64,000 bases of DNA from Octopus bimaculoides (Eukaryota). How positions within the stretch are numbered: the first letter of the stretch is position 1; each line of letters opens with the position of its first letter. The notes beneath the pieces were generated by a model, which saw only the letters and a list, made by a program, of their open reading frames with translations, did not search any database and had not been told where the DNA came from. Shown piece by piece: positions 13,001 through 27,800 of the stretch. The position numbers were made by a program, and so were the translations under genes. The DNA lies in assembly GCF_001194135.2 (NCBI RefSeq), contig NC_068981.1, positions 65,649,524 to 65,713,523 on the forward strand, given 5' to 3'.

Positions 13001-14475
13001 GGTAACTGGCTCATGATCACAAAGTTGTGAGTTCAATTCCTGGTGACACATTGTGTCCTTGAGCAAGACACTTATTTCACGTTCCTCAAGTCCACTCAGC
13101 TGGCAAAAATGAGACGTGCCTGTAATTCATAGGGCCAGCCTTATCACATACTGTGTCACACTGAATCTTTCTGAGAACTACATTAATGGGTATGTGTGTC
13201 TGTGGAGTGCTCAGCCACTTGCACATTAATTTCACGAGCAGGCTGTTCCATTGATCGGATCAACTGGAACCCTTGTCATCATAACTGACAGAGTGTCAGT
13301 TAAAGGAACAAGAAATGTCACAAGAATTAAGCTACCTGTTGAAACTCACCTGATTGCATATGTCATTCTGTCTGGTCGGAGAGCCCTCATCATGCAAAGT
13401 TTCTGAAGAGATGTTTTATTCTTCCATTCCTGAGGAAACTTCTCCTTTTCTGGAGATTCACACTCAACGAATTTCTTCCATCTTTTAGCAGAGCCTTCTA
13501 TGTCCCTATCCAAGTTGCGAAAATCTTCAAGACTGGCCAATGCCTAGAGGAATATAATATTGATTTCATTTGAAAAATTTATTATTCATATTTACTGTTG
13601 AAAAGATCTCAAGGATCGAAACCGGTACTGTAATGTTCTTTATAAAAATATTTTAGCATTTTCTACTTTGTCTTTTTTCCATATATATATATATATCTAC
13701 TCGTGTGTTCCCCTTCAACCTTTTACATATATATATATATATTCATTAGAAATGCAGAGACGCCTATAATAGGACATCTACTCGCTAGAAATAGCAGCAA
13801 AAATACTACATACCACAAAAGTTAGGGATAATTTCGAAAGGAAATGAAAAATAAAAACTTTTACCAATCTATATTCTGTACCATGGTTTCAAGTCAATTT
13901 TAGTAAGNNNNNNNNNNNNNNNNNNNNNNNNNNNNNNNNNNNNNNNNNNNNNNNNNNNNNNNNNNNNNNNNNNNNNNNNNNNNNNNNNNNNNNNNNNNNN
14001 NNNNNNNNNNNNNNNNNNNNNNNNNNNNNNNNNNNNNNNNNNNNNNNNNNNNNNNNNNNNNNNNNNNNNNNNNNNNNNNNNNNNNNNNNNNNNNNNNNNN
14101 NNNNNNNNNNNNNNNNNNNNNNNNNNNNNNNNNNNNNNNNNNNNNNNNNNNNNNNNNNNNNNNNNNNNNNNNNNNNNNNNNNNNNNNNNNNNNNCAGTAC
14201 GCAGCATGGTTCGTGTTTTTTATGTCTAATTTTTCAAAATATACCGCGTATTTACGGTTTACCTAATCGGCAGCAAATACAAAAATGCAAAATGCCGAAA
14301 TTCCTACAGAAAATCATCCAAAAAGAATTTTATCATTATTAATAAATTATAGGCGTCTCTGCATTTCTAATGAATAATACATAGTCTATTGACTGTTTTT
14401 ACTCTCGCTAGACCACTGGTGGTAAATAAAATTTCTAAAATTTTCTTTGCCACCCTATAATTTATTAATAATTTA

Positions 14476-14506
<31 letters not shown>

Positions 14507-17500
14507 CGTTGATGCTATTAGAATTTATAAACTTCAAGAGGATGTGAAATAATTCTTTTCTTGAATAACGAATCTTGAAGTAAATAATGTGCTAATAATA
14601 GCATGAAAATATTGGGTTAAGAAAACTCTTTGATACCTTGGATATAAAATGTCAAAGGCTACCCAGGGAACATGAATCTACATACCCTACAAGTAGTCTT
14701 CTACTTTTTCTATCCAAGGGATTTTAAAACCCAATATTTGCATGCTATTATCTATAGCTTTATCTGCTTTGAGATCCACTGCTCTAAAAATGAATTGCAT
14801 GTATGTATATATATGTATGTAGGCATGTATACATACATACATACATACATACAGACAGACAGACAGACAGACACAGAGACTGAGACAAAGAAATATTTTA
14901 TTTTTCCATATATAGTTAAATTTTATGACAAAAGTCTTGCAAGTGTTTACATACCTTGATTCCGCCCCATCCTAAATTGTTGATGAAGTCAACAGGACTG
15001 GTAAGGTTGGGAATAGAAGGAAAACGTAATAAGAAATCCAATTCAGTTGCATTTATTTCTTTCTTCAAAAGTAGAATCTGTTAAATTGAAAAATATCTGT
15101 GTTATTAAATTCCTAGAGATTTCCTTATAAAATCAAAAAGAAAATATAATTGTTTGTGAAATATTAAACTCTCTTTGCAATAAATAACACTTTTATTGGT
15201 TATTTAGATTGGAATTAAATTAATTACATAAAGAAATCATTATTAATTAGTTAGAGTTGTTAGCATGTCAGACAAAATGCTTAGTGACATTCTTTCTAGC
15301 TCTTTACATTATAAGTTCAAATTCTACTGAAGATGACTTTGCCTTTCATCCTTCTGGGGTTGATAAAATAAGTACTAGTCAAATACTTTGATCAATATAA
15401 TTGACTAAGCCCCTCTCACTGAAATCACTGGCCATGTAACAAAATTTGAGACTTTTATTATTTAGTTGTTGCTATTTAATCCCGAAATCATCCCTGATTG
15501 AGCTGATCCATAATCCAAGGCATTCCAGCCATGATCATCTCATCTTATAAATATATATAGGAGTACAATATCTACTTCACCCACACTGCAGCTTCTAGTC
15601 CACAAATGTGCTGTTCCTCTTTCTGCCTTGTCTACCACAACTATAATGGCCCTTTCTTCTTAGAGCTGGCTAGTCTTGTGCTAACTCCATTCAGACAGCC
15701 CTGACTCACTTGTCTCTCCCTCCTCACATCATATATGCTATGTCCAATACCCTGGCCCCATATTAACCATACACTCAGCCCTTCCTCTCAAGAAGGTCAT
15801 CTTTTTGGAATATTCTCCCAACTCTTGTTTCCTGCAGGTGTATGCTTGTAACTGTTTAAGTGAAACATTGTGGGCATAAATTTCAGAGATTTCAGAGCGG
15901 TTGTGAAGACCACAGGCACTGCCCCTTCCTCCAAATCTAACCAGAAAAATAAACAAAATATATCGTATATTGTGTCCTTTCTGTAAGATGTAATTTGAGG
16001 AAGAGTTGGCTGTTATTCCTTACCAGTCAAGTGACCTGATTTCTATGTCTTTGTTGTTAGTTCTATTTTTGTCTGTTGTATCAGTAAATCACACAGAATC
16101 AAAATCTCTCTCTCTCTTTCAAGAGAGAGAGAGAGAAAGAGAGAGAGAGGGAGGGAGGAGAGAGAAAAAGAAAGAAAAACAAACAGACAGATTGATATTG
16201 ATATATTAGTAGCTTCTGTTATCTTTATATTTTCAATATAAAAGCCACGTCAAGTTTTTGTTGCCTGAGCTGTCTTACTTAAGGCCAGATGTCTCCACAG
16301 TTGTACAACAAGTAACTCAAAGTACATACATGCTTACTTCAACTGACTGTGACATGGAATCAATTTTAATCTAAAATTCATTAACCTTTAACACTGCCTT
16401 TGATTCAGTTAATCTTTAAAGTAATGAAGAATTTAGTAAAATAACATTGTCATTAATAAACTGGTGTTTAGAACATAAATTTACATAAAATTTTGATGGC
16501 CGGCTTATTATTTAATTTAGACCATTTTAAAATAGAAAGTTTGTACCATAGGACTAGGAGTAGTCTTAGGGTGGATGGTATTAAAAAAAAGTTTAAAGGA
16601 ACAATTTATCATTGTGGAGCGAGGTCGTTGCCAGAACTGCTGGACTAGCTCCTGTGCAGGTGGCACGTAAAAAACACCATTTGAGCGTGGCCGTTGCCAG
16701 TACCGGCTGACTGGCCCTTGTGCTGGTGGCACATAAAAGCACCCACTACACACTCGGAGTGGTTGGCATTAGGAAGGGCATCTAGCTGCAGAAACTCTGC
16801 CAGATCAGATTGGAGCCTGGGGCAGCCATCTGGTTCGCCAGTCCTCAGTCAAATCGTCCAACCCATGCCAGCATGGAAAGCGAATGTTAAATGATGATGA
16901 TGATGTCAGACCAAACAGTTCAATCCAAAAATATATTTACTTGATGTTATCTAATATTATTACAAATCTTAGAAGGCAGTGAGCTGGCAGAGTCATTAGC
17001 ATGCCAGACAAAATGCTTAGCAGCATTTCATACATCTTTATGTTCTGAGTTCAAATTCTGCTGAAGTCAGCTTTGCCTTTCATCCTTCTAGAGTTGATTA
17101 CAGTAAGTACTAGTAAAACACTGGGGTCATTGTAATCGATTTATCCCCTCTCAATGAACTGGCTGGTCTTGTACCAAAATTTGAGACCAATATTATTGCA
17201 AACGTTTTTTCTCAGTCTAAGTAAATAAGAGATAGTATAGTGTTCCTAGAATCTTAGAAATGTTAAAATACACAAGAAGGTTTGTTTTTATTTTTATGAA
17301 TCAATCAGAGGATGACAGGCAATGAGCGAAATGTTTGTATTTCTTTCCTTTTCACTCTCATCACGACAATGACAACGACCACTACCACCGCCGTCACCAC
17401 CACCACCACCACCTCTTTCATTTTGCTCCTCCCTACTCCCTTTCTCTTTCCTCTTCCCCAGTTTTCTCTTCCTCCCACCATTTGTGTGTGTGTGTGTGTG

Positions 17501-20500
17501 TGTATGTGTGTATGTTTATGTGTGTGTGTGTGTGTGTGTGTGTAAGTTTACCTGGAATGCCATTTGACAAGTGAAGATGAGTTTGTCCTTCTCAAAGAGT
17601 CCTCGTGTGGTGTAGATAAAAACTGAGTATGTAATACTGTCAATCAAGTTGACAACTCGTTGTTTAACATCATCAGCTGGCTCAGCTCGTTCTATGGCCT
17701 TTTCAAACACCACACTGAAAGCCTGAAATTAGAGTTTTAGGAATTAGTACTTTGAAATACCAACAAATATATACTTTTTTTTTATTGTTTCAGTTATTAA
17801 TCCACAGCTATGATAGAGTACTGTATCTGAAGATTTTCAGACAATCATATTGATCCCAGTGCTTATTTCAATCATGTACATATATCTGTGAAGTGAGTGG
17901 CTAAGTTACTGTTTTGTATGAATGGACACAATTCAACACACCATTTTACCACTATATACACACGGACACATATTTTAATATCTCTCTGTATATGTAATTA
18001 GAAAGATGACAAGGGAATAGGATTTAAATAATTAACTGCATTAACTTAAAGCTGTTTCAGCTATAAGAAGCACTGCACTCTGAGTGCACAAGCTGAGTGC
18101 TTGTGCAACATCTTATAGTCATTAAAATGAAGTGTATGTTTATTTTAGAAAGCATAGTTTCTTCCAATCAAATTTCCTTTATAGAGCAGAGATCACTTTG
18201 AGACTATTGATAAAGACACTTACCCAAAGTTTTAAACAGTGAGGTCAATACCAGCACTAGATGGTCATGCAACAAACTTCTTAAACACAGGGACTACAAC
18301 AGTACATTATGTTAATGCTTGAAATGCTTAAATATTTCCACTTCCTCAGGGCAAGCCATTTTATTTCACTTTTGAGCTGTTTGTCCTAATACCAAATCTA
18401 TGTTAGTGTCAAAGTAAACTGCAGCAATGGACAAGGTTATTCAAGCGTCAGGTATCTTAGCTACAAACATTATGTTGTGCTGATGATGGGATATAAATGA
18501 AATAATTCTTAGCTAGTTGTCTAGTACATTAATAGCTACAATCTCATTGTACTTGAAACAATACTCTGCAATCTTAAAAAAGGAAGGACCCATAATATAA
18601 TATTGCTCTCAATACATGATATCTGAATGTTAAGTAAAATGAAGACTGATAGACACAGATTAAATGTCTTTGAGAATAGGTCTTCCAGATTAAGATTGAC
18701 CTTAAACTGAATAACAACATCAATAGCAGCAACTGTTGCAATATTTTAACTATCTTAACTATATGTATTCAGTAAAGATATATATAAAAAACAATTACAA
18801 CTACAAAAACAACAAAGGAGCCTCAGCATAGCTGCTTCTAAAAATATTAACCAAATATCTTTCAATTCATATCTTTTTTGTCTTGAAAAAAGGTAGGGAC
18901 ACATTTATTAATATAGTTTTAGATATGTTCCACCTGAGAAAAGGAAGGGTTGTATAAAACTAGAATCCCTTTGATCATAAATCTGCTCAGAATTATGATC
19001 AAAGTTTGACCAGTAGCCAAGTAACAATTACTACAAAAACAACATCAATTAAAAACAAAAACTCTTGCACTGTAATTTTACCTTGAGAGAGAACTGGTAC
19101 ATAGGATTGATTTTGCTCAGTTCATTCAGCTGGAAGTAGAGTAATGATGCCCTTTCAGCTGCTGGTCTGTAGCTTTCTCGGGCCAAGTTGATTTCCTTCT
19201 CTGTTTTCTTTGCTTCAACCACTTTGACTTCAATCTCTGCCGCTGTCCGTTTGGTAGTCTCAAGATTCTCTACCAGAGCATAATCTCCCAAGAAGTTTCC
19301 TTCAGCAGCTGACAATCGAGCAAGTAGAGAATCTTCAAGTTTCTGGAATATAGAAATAATTTGTAAAGAGCTGGTTCAATTACTAAGATGTAAGAATACA
19401 GACTAGTATAGCAATTTATATAGACCTGACTCAATTACTGAGATGTAGCAATTTGTAACAGTCTAGTAATTCATAAGGAGCTGGCTCAATTATTGAACTG
19501 TAAGACAGGTCTCATCATTTATAAAGAATCAGATAAGTTACTGAGATGTAAATCTACTGACCGTTCTGAATCTATGAGGAAACTTTGGGTGTATCATAAA
19601 CCTTATGGAACAAAGATGTGTGTATATTTATATTTTTTCTATTTTATGCATTTATCTATTTCCTTATATTATGCTAGTGAACATTTTAGATCTAGACTGA
19701 TGTAAATATGATGGTGTTACTTGACTAAGAGTTCAAATAATTACAATATTAATATTGGTACAAAGTCATGAATTCAATGGAAGGGTCAGCTCAGTACTTG
19801 ACAAGAACTTATTTTATAAACTCAGAAGGATGAAAGGCAAAGTTCACCAAAACAATATTAGTGGCAAGGATAAATTATTTTGCAGTTAAGCTAGCTGAAG
19901 CTTAACTAAGTAGAGTAATGTGTCATGCTTAAGACTGTATTAAAACAAGGATTAAGCTCATTTCACCTGGCACTTACACTACCTATACTACTTCACTCAC
20001 CATATCTTAAAGAATATGTAACTTACTTTGAGTGTAATTTTGAATTCATTTTGTTGATGTGTAAGATCTGATTTTAGCCGTTCCAGATCTGGTCTTTCTT
20101 TGCTGACAACTGCAGCTAGAAGCTGTTCCTCAAGTCCATCTCGAGTAACTGTGAAATTTATCAATGTTGTTTGTGCCTGCATCTCAGGTTTGTAATGTGG
20201 ATTTGCCAGTTTGGTATGTAGAATCAGCTGGAATGAAGAGTTATACTCCACTTCTTTGTCTCCCATTCGGATGGCTCGTCCCTGGAAAATATTTCAGTGT
20301 TTCATTTTAAGATAAAAATGATTTTTTTTTCCCCCTACAATAAAATTCATGTTTTCTCCATAGGAAGAAATAAATATAGCATTACAATCCAATGAATCAC
20401 ACATTAATTCTAAAGTTCTTCCACTTTTTGGTACAATTAAAGCAATAAAAATAAAACCAACAACCAGACAAAAAAGGAATTCTTTTTTGGATATGTCTTA

Positions 20501-23500
20501 CTTTTTTAATGGTATTTCTTCCCAAGAGAGGATCTAAGACTGGATCAATAGATTCCCCAAGGTTTTCAATGAGAACAGTTTCTCCTGTAGATATTGCTTT
20601 CTCAATGATTTCAAGATAGCCCTTTTGACCAATACGTACAACCTGTAGAGAAAGAAAAAAAGAGGAGAAAAGGGCAATTAAAAATAGACAGACTGAAAAG
20701 GTTACATATTAATATTTACAGATACACAAAGGATTTTACAAATGATCGGTTGATTCTAAATGAAAATTAGTGATCTTGTTCTTTTATTATTTTATTGGTT
20801 TCAATCACTGGACTGTGGTCATGCTGGGGCTCTGCCTTAAAGTTTTGTCTTTTGATTTACTACATCACTTCCACCTCTAATATGTATTTGCACTTGGTAT
20901 TTATAATATTGATTTCCATTTTGTGAACTGCTACATTACAGGTTTGAGATGTGGTTCAATGCCACTAAAAACAAACACATGCTCATATCAGACCCACGTG
21001 TGTGTGTGTGTGTGTGTATGTGTGTGTGTGTGTGCGTGTGTAAGCAAATTGAACAAATGTCCCATAAATAAGGCAGCATTTCACATTATAGTACATTTTA
21101 AATGGTTCCTTACTTATGGGACACTTGGTATATGAGTTCAAAATAGCAGCAGAGAAAAGACAACATAACAGCTAATGACTATAAGATATGTTAACAATTT
21201 TTACAAACCTTCAGCGTTGAAGAAAATCTCTTCTTAATCCACTTTATTCCTTGAAGCTGAGGATCAACCATTAGAGGCCATCTCTCGCAGTTTGTGAGTA
21301 TGGTAGCATTTTCAATTGACATTCGGTCACTAGGTAAACCCTCATTGTTCCACTCAGCAATACTTGCATCATCTGTTAGTAAAGTCAAAGGGTCTAAGCC
21401 TTCAGATATGGGAATTATTTCCTTTACTGAATTCAGATAATTAGTCCAGTGCTTATTGATGAGATCGAGCCTGTATGATTTGGTAAAACATCCAAGGTAT
21501 GAGACAAATGATGTGATGAGTAGTGTGTCACCAGGTAGAGTTATTTCTTGTTTTTTCAGTCCTCTGATTGACTCAGCCCATCTGACATTTTCAGAAGCCA
21601 GTCCTCCAACAAGCCGATTAGCCAAAACTATGGTCTTATTTGTAGCATCTGCTTCTGCTTGACACTTCATTTTTGCATTTGTAGCTTCTTCAAATTCATT
21701 TGTCAGTTTAGCCAGAGATTTTTCAAGTTCTGTGATTTTATTCTGAATGACAGCTAGCTTGTCTTGAGCAGCGGCCAATTCTGCATTTGCTTGGTTTAGT
21801 GCAATTCTCTTTGGTTCCACCTCACAAAATACCTCATAAAATTTCATAATATTGATTACCCAAGCACAGAGACCAGCTGCAGCTGAGGACTTGGCACTTA
21901 TCAACTCAGGGTTGAATTCCTTGTCTGTGAGGTAGGCCTGAATTGCTTTACGGCAGTTTTCATGAATGTTTTCTTTATCGTATTCTTTCAGCTGAACCAA
22001 TAATGTATCAACCTAAACAACAATAATAATAATGCTTTCAGAGTTATATTCCAAAATAAAAATGATTTAAAAAAATACAATTATTACCTACTTAACTATT
22101 TGAATTATCTACAAACAGTTGCATCATTATCATCATCATCCATCTTCTTCATTTTATGTCCACTTTCCATGCTAGCATGGGTTGGACAGGTTGTAAAAAT
22201 TTGAACCAGTTATTATTCGAAGTTACTGTCCTCCTAGGTGGTTTGGAAGGCCACAACTTGTTTATATATTTCCTCTGTGATTTGTCATCTATAGCTGGAT
22301 GCCTTTCCTGTCACCAATCAGTTTACAGTATGTATGGGGTGCATTTTATCATGTAGGTTGTCATATCCTCTTCAGAGTGTACTGGGTGGTAATTATCATG
22401 ACACCAGCACTAGTGAAGTTGCCTTGCACCCCATATGACATATTAATTTCTTATTCATACATTATAAAATTATAAATGTTTACCAAAGAGTTTAACTTTG
22501 CAAGATTGTTTTGCTATATACACAGTTTAATTTTACATACTGGATTCCATCTAATCTATCCACTTGGATATTTTGTCTTAAAAAATAATTATATATGCAG
22601 CTGTAAATTGCTGAGAATCACTTTACTGGTTTACAAAACAGAAGATATCAATGAGATATCCAGTTTCTGGTTGGTTATATTCTACAATAATTTTAGCTAT
22701 ATCCAAGGACAAAACTATCTCTACCATCTTAGCTATTATGGTAACACTCAACAATTCAAAGTATATGTTTAACAGCTCTGGTACTATAAGCCTTACCTTA
22801 CTCATTATAGTAGATTTTGCTGCTTTCCAGCTCCTGTCTTTAGGAATCTTCCCTCCTGGCGCTAACAAAACCATCACTGCAGCAGTGACATTTGTCACAG
22901 CGCTAGGCGGTGCTCCAAAAGATTTCATTTCTGTCAAGTTACTCTTTTAATGAAAAATAATAAGAAAGAAATATAAAAAGATAGAAAGAAATAACTAATG
23001 TACATCAATATGCATAGCTATATCATAATATTATATTGATTTCAAATTTTGACACAAAGCCAGCAAGTTTGGGGGAAGGAGTAAGTCAATTACATCAACC
23101 TCAGTGCTCAACTGCTACTTATTTTATCGACCCCAAAAGGATGAAAGCATGGTAGAAAGTTCAATTTTTTCGTCTTTGGATAGAGTCTGATAAGCTGTCC
23201 ACAAGGCTGCGGCTTTTGTGGATATGAAACCATTGGTAACTCTATGACCACAATTTAACTTATTGTTTTAATAATATATATATATATATACATATACAGT
23301 AATCCCTTGACTATCACGGGTGTTATGTTCCAAAATCCCTGCAATAGGTGAAAATCTGTGAAGTAGAAACAGTACTGTACTGTATATTTTTAAAATTATT
23401 TTTATAATTTGTATATATTTATTTTATTATAAATGCAAAACAACACCACGGGGTAATCGACATAAACTTAAAATAATAAACCACAATATGGCAAAGGATT

Positions 23501-24512
23501 ATTGTGTATATATATGAGTAAAGGAGAGGCTAATAATGAAATTTAGTAACCTATCTTACAGATATTTATATTTCCTAATGCTATTAAATTAATGACATAG
23601 AATAGCACTACATTAGCCAATGTCTCCTTCCTTTCAACACAGAAAGATGTCATTTGGTTGTTCTTTCTAGCAGATCATGCAATCACATAGAGACTCTCTT
23701 GTTGGTTCAGTGATGATTGTAATGATGATGGTGGTGATGTGATGATGATGGTGATAATACTGATGGTGATGACAACGATGATGACGACAGATTACTTGGT
23801 TCATCCACTGTGACTTATTCTAACTTCTTCCAATGAAAGATACCCTCATCACCCATTCCATCCATCTTTCCAACCTTACCCACTTGATTGTTTGGTTTGC
23901 TAGAAACAGCAACTAAAACTCCCATCAGTCTTAAAAATGAAACAACACATTGTAATATGTATTCCTACATACACAATATCTGAAATAAAATATGGAAAAG
24001 TCACAGCTCATACAACTTTTATCACAAGTCTTTCTGGTCAGAATAGATATGCATTAAACAATAACCACAATGAAAATATTTGAGGCTATCACCACAACCA
24101 ATAACAACTTACCTTATTGAGTGTATCAAGAGCTTTCTTTGCTGCTATAAGGGCAGGTTCAGCTTTGGTAAGATCTTCTTCACAATCTTGGGCCTTCTTG
24201 CTGACTTCTTCATTGATCTTTTGTACTTTCTTCTCTTCTTCATCGGCAATGCGTTTCTCCTTGCTAACTTTCTCTGTCTCAGCTCCAACAATAGCTATCA
24301 GTTTGTTAGCATCCTCTTCTTTCTGAGCAAGTTCAACCTCTTGGGCAGCCAGCTTGGCTTTCAGGTCATCAACCTGAAAGAAAAAAAGATATACAGATAG
24401 AGAAAAGGTAACATTGTAGATTGCCAGAAAATGAAATTGTGTATGTGTGTGTGTGTATGTGTGTGTGCGCGTATTTGCATGTACGGGTGTGTGTGTGTGC
24501 ACACACACATGC

Positions 24513-24589
<77 letters not shown>

Positions 24590-27500
24590 CCGGTTCACCA
24601 GTCCTCAGTCAAATCGTCCAACCCATTATAGCATGGAAAGTGGACGTTAAACGATGATGGTGATGATGATGATGATGATGATGATATGCTCCGTTGGATG
24701 TGTAATGTCAATGTGAATACCCGTCAGAGTGTAAGTATCTTGAGAGAAAAGCTGAACATTAGAAGCATCAGTTGTGGCGTGCAAGAGAGACGATTGCGCT
24801 GGTATGGACATGTGGTGAGAATGGATGAGGATAGCTGCGTGAAAAAGTGCCACACCCTAACAGTTGAGGGAACCCGTGGAAGAGGTAGGCCCAGGAAGAC
24901 CTGGGCTGAGGTGGTGAGGCAAGATCTTCGTACATTGGGCCTCACCGAGGCGATGACTACTGACCGAGACCTTTGGAAATGTGCTGTGCGTGAGAAGACC
25001 NNNNNNNNNNNNNNNNNNNNNNNNNNNNNNNNNNNNNNNNNNNNNNNNNGGCACATAAAAGACACCATTTCGAGCGTGGCCGTTTTCGTGCGGGTGACAC
25101 GTAAAAGCACCCACTACACTCTCTGAGTGGTTGGCGTTAGGAAGGGCATCCAGCTGTAGAAACTCTGCCAAATCAGACTGGAGCCTGGTGTTGCCATCCG
25201 GTTTCACCAGTCCTCAGTCAAATCGTCCAACCCATGCTAGCATGGAAAGCGGACGTTAAACGATGATGATGATGATGATGATATATAGAGATAGATAGAT
25301 AGATATAAAATTTCCAGGATTGTAGATAATCAGGTACTTAGATATTAAAGCACCCACGTCAGGTCAGGTCAGTGATAGAGCTGCTATTGTGTACAAACAA
25401 TGTATAACGACAAATACTCACTAAAGTAAACACGGATTTGTTCTCCAGTTATGCATACATTCACAAATGGATGACTCAGTACACAATGAGTTATCAAAGT
25501 CACACAGGGATACACTCATTGTACCTATTGCACCACACTCTATAGACTCTAGAGTCAAATAAATTGCAGGATCTGGGTTAGGTGAAGGATAAACAATAAC
25601 AACAGACGGATTATGGTTCATTACAACTGTTTTCTAATTAATAACTGTAAAAAAAATGTCTCAGTAACACATTCATCTAACTTTTGTTAGCATCAAAAAG
25701 TTAGATGCCCTTCCTGTCACTAACCTTTACATGATTTTTTTTTTTAAGTAATGGGTTCCTTATTTCCCATGTCTTCAAAAGAACAAAGTGGGCTGACAGT
25801 TTGCTAACAGAAGTGATAACAACATCATTCACAGCAACTTATATAGAGTGTAGATGTAAACAAACTCACAGACACACAAGAGGGTCATCCTAAAAGTCAT
25901 GCAAAAGTGGGCTTAACTTTTTACTAACAGGGGTCATTCAAATTGTACATGTAATGTACAATTTTGTAATGAAAAGTTGTTGCTTAAAATTCTTGATTTT
26001 TAAGAAACTTCTAAACTCATATGCCACGAAAAAAAGTTTAATAAAATGGATAGAACTCTTTATTGTTGAACTTTTACAGACCTGGGAAGAAGTGTTTCTA
26101 AGTTTCTCCAAACCATTTTCTAGACGCACAATTTGTGCCTGTAAATTGGTATTATTCTTATTCAGTAGGTTTTGATAAAGCTTAATCTGTTCTAGGAAAC
26201 TTTTTGGTGTAGTATAATTGTAGCGACGTTCATTTTGGAGATAAAGGTCACTTGTATCATTCACTGATTTGTGCACAAAGGCCATAAACTTTGAAATTGC
26301 TTCCCTCATTGGTGGCTGGAAAGAAAAATGAAAAAAAATAAAAGCAAGTCAGGAAATTGAAACAAAGACTATTTGATTAAAAAATAATATCATCAAAATC
26401 CTGAATTTACAAGATAATACATGATCAATTCAAACCAATGTGAACAAAAAAGCACTACACTTGATTAAATGGTAAAGGGGTAAACTGTTATTTGCAGCAA
26501 TAACAGAGAATGATAAAAATTTTAAATTACATTTTACTTTTTAAAACCCACATCACTAAGATCATATTTATAAATAGTAAATAATCAAAAGATAATGATT
26601 AAATTATATCACCCTCATCATTTTCACCACTACCACCTTCACCATCACCACTATGGCTGATATCTTTATGATTGTAATCAACATCATCATTATTGCAGGC
26701 ATACATCATTCCTGAAAATCTTGCCATAATGTGGAATTCTGTAGCACAAAACCTATTTTTATAGTGCTTCCATATGTAATATGTTATGTAACAAAGAAAC
26801 AAATGGGCAAATGGATTTAGTGTTACGAAATTCCATGTTTCAGCAAGATTTTCAGGAAAACACAGTGCTTCCATAATACAAGAGATGTCTTTATGTTAAA
26901 ATCCATTTTTCTCAGTTAGTGTGGGATGTCCTGTGTCATTTTTTATTTTAGGTCCAATGCTCTCAGATCTGACCTAGCTACTTTCTCATAAAATCTTGCT
27001 TGTTCAACCTTCACCATATGACAACTTTACACCCAGCATGTATCAACAAGTCACATGTTAAACACAGCATTCTCTCCTGCATCCATCATCTCATGTTTCT
27101 GGTTCTCAGTCCCTTTCCCTTGCACTTATCTTTTATCTTTTACTTGTCTCAATCACTGGACTGCAGCCATGCTGGGGCACTGTCTTGAATGGTTTAGTTG
27201 AAGAAACTGACTTCAATGCTTATATATTTTTTTAAGATTGATACTTATTCTATTAGCCACTTTTGCCAAAACTGCTAAGCTACAGGGATGTAAACAAACA
27301 AACACAGATTGTCTGCAGTGGTGGACAAACATAAAACAGACACACACACTTACAAAAATATGACAGGCTTCTTTCAGTTTCCATCTACCAAATCCACTCA
27401 CAAGGCTTTGGTCAGTTCAAAGTTATAGTAGAAGACACTTGCCCAAGGTGCCATGCAGTGGGACTGAACACACGATCACATAGTTGAAAAGTAAGCTTTT

Positions 27501-27767
27501 CAACCACACAGCTACACCTTCTCACTCTTTTTCTCATGAATACCACTGTGTAATAAAATTAAAATTTTTGTTGTCTTTGGTTAGTAAGTGTTATTTCCTA
27601 TTTGCTTTTATCTAGAAGTCAGAGGAAATGACTATTATTTCCTCCAAACATTGCTTTTGTGACCTAGACATCAACTTTTTCCTCTGACTGCATATCCCTT
27701 CAGCTTGATACACTCATCTCTTCTTCTCATTACTCCATCTGTGTTACATGTTACTTTCGAACACATG

Positions 27768-27800
<33 letters not shown>

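Noticed and set aside
21456-21662. Plus-strand ORFs overlapping dynein exons (also 24080-24400, 29924-30124, 39312-39515, 46277-46537, 53573-53833)
   Set aside because: Antisense shadows of the real coding frame.
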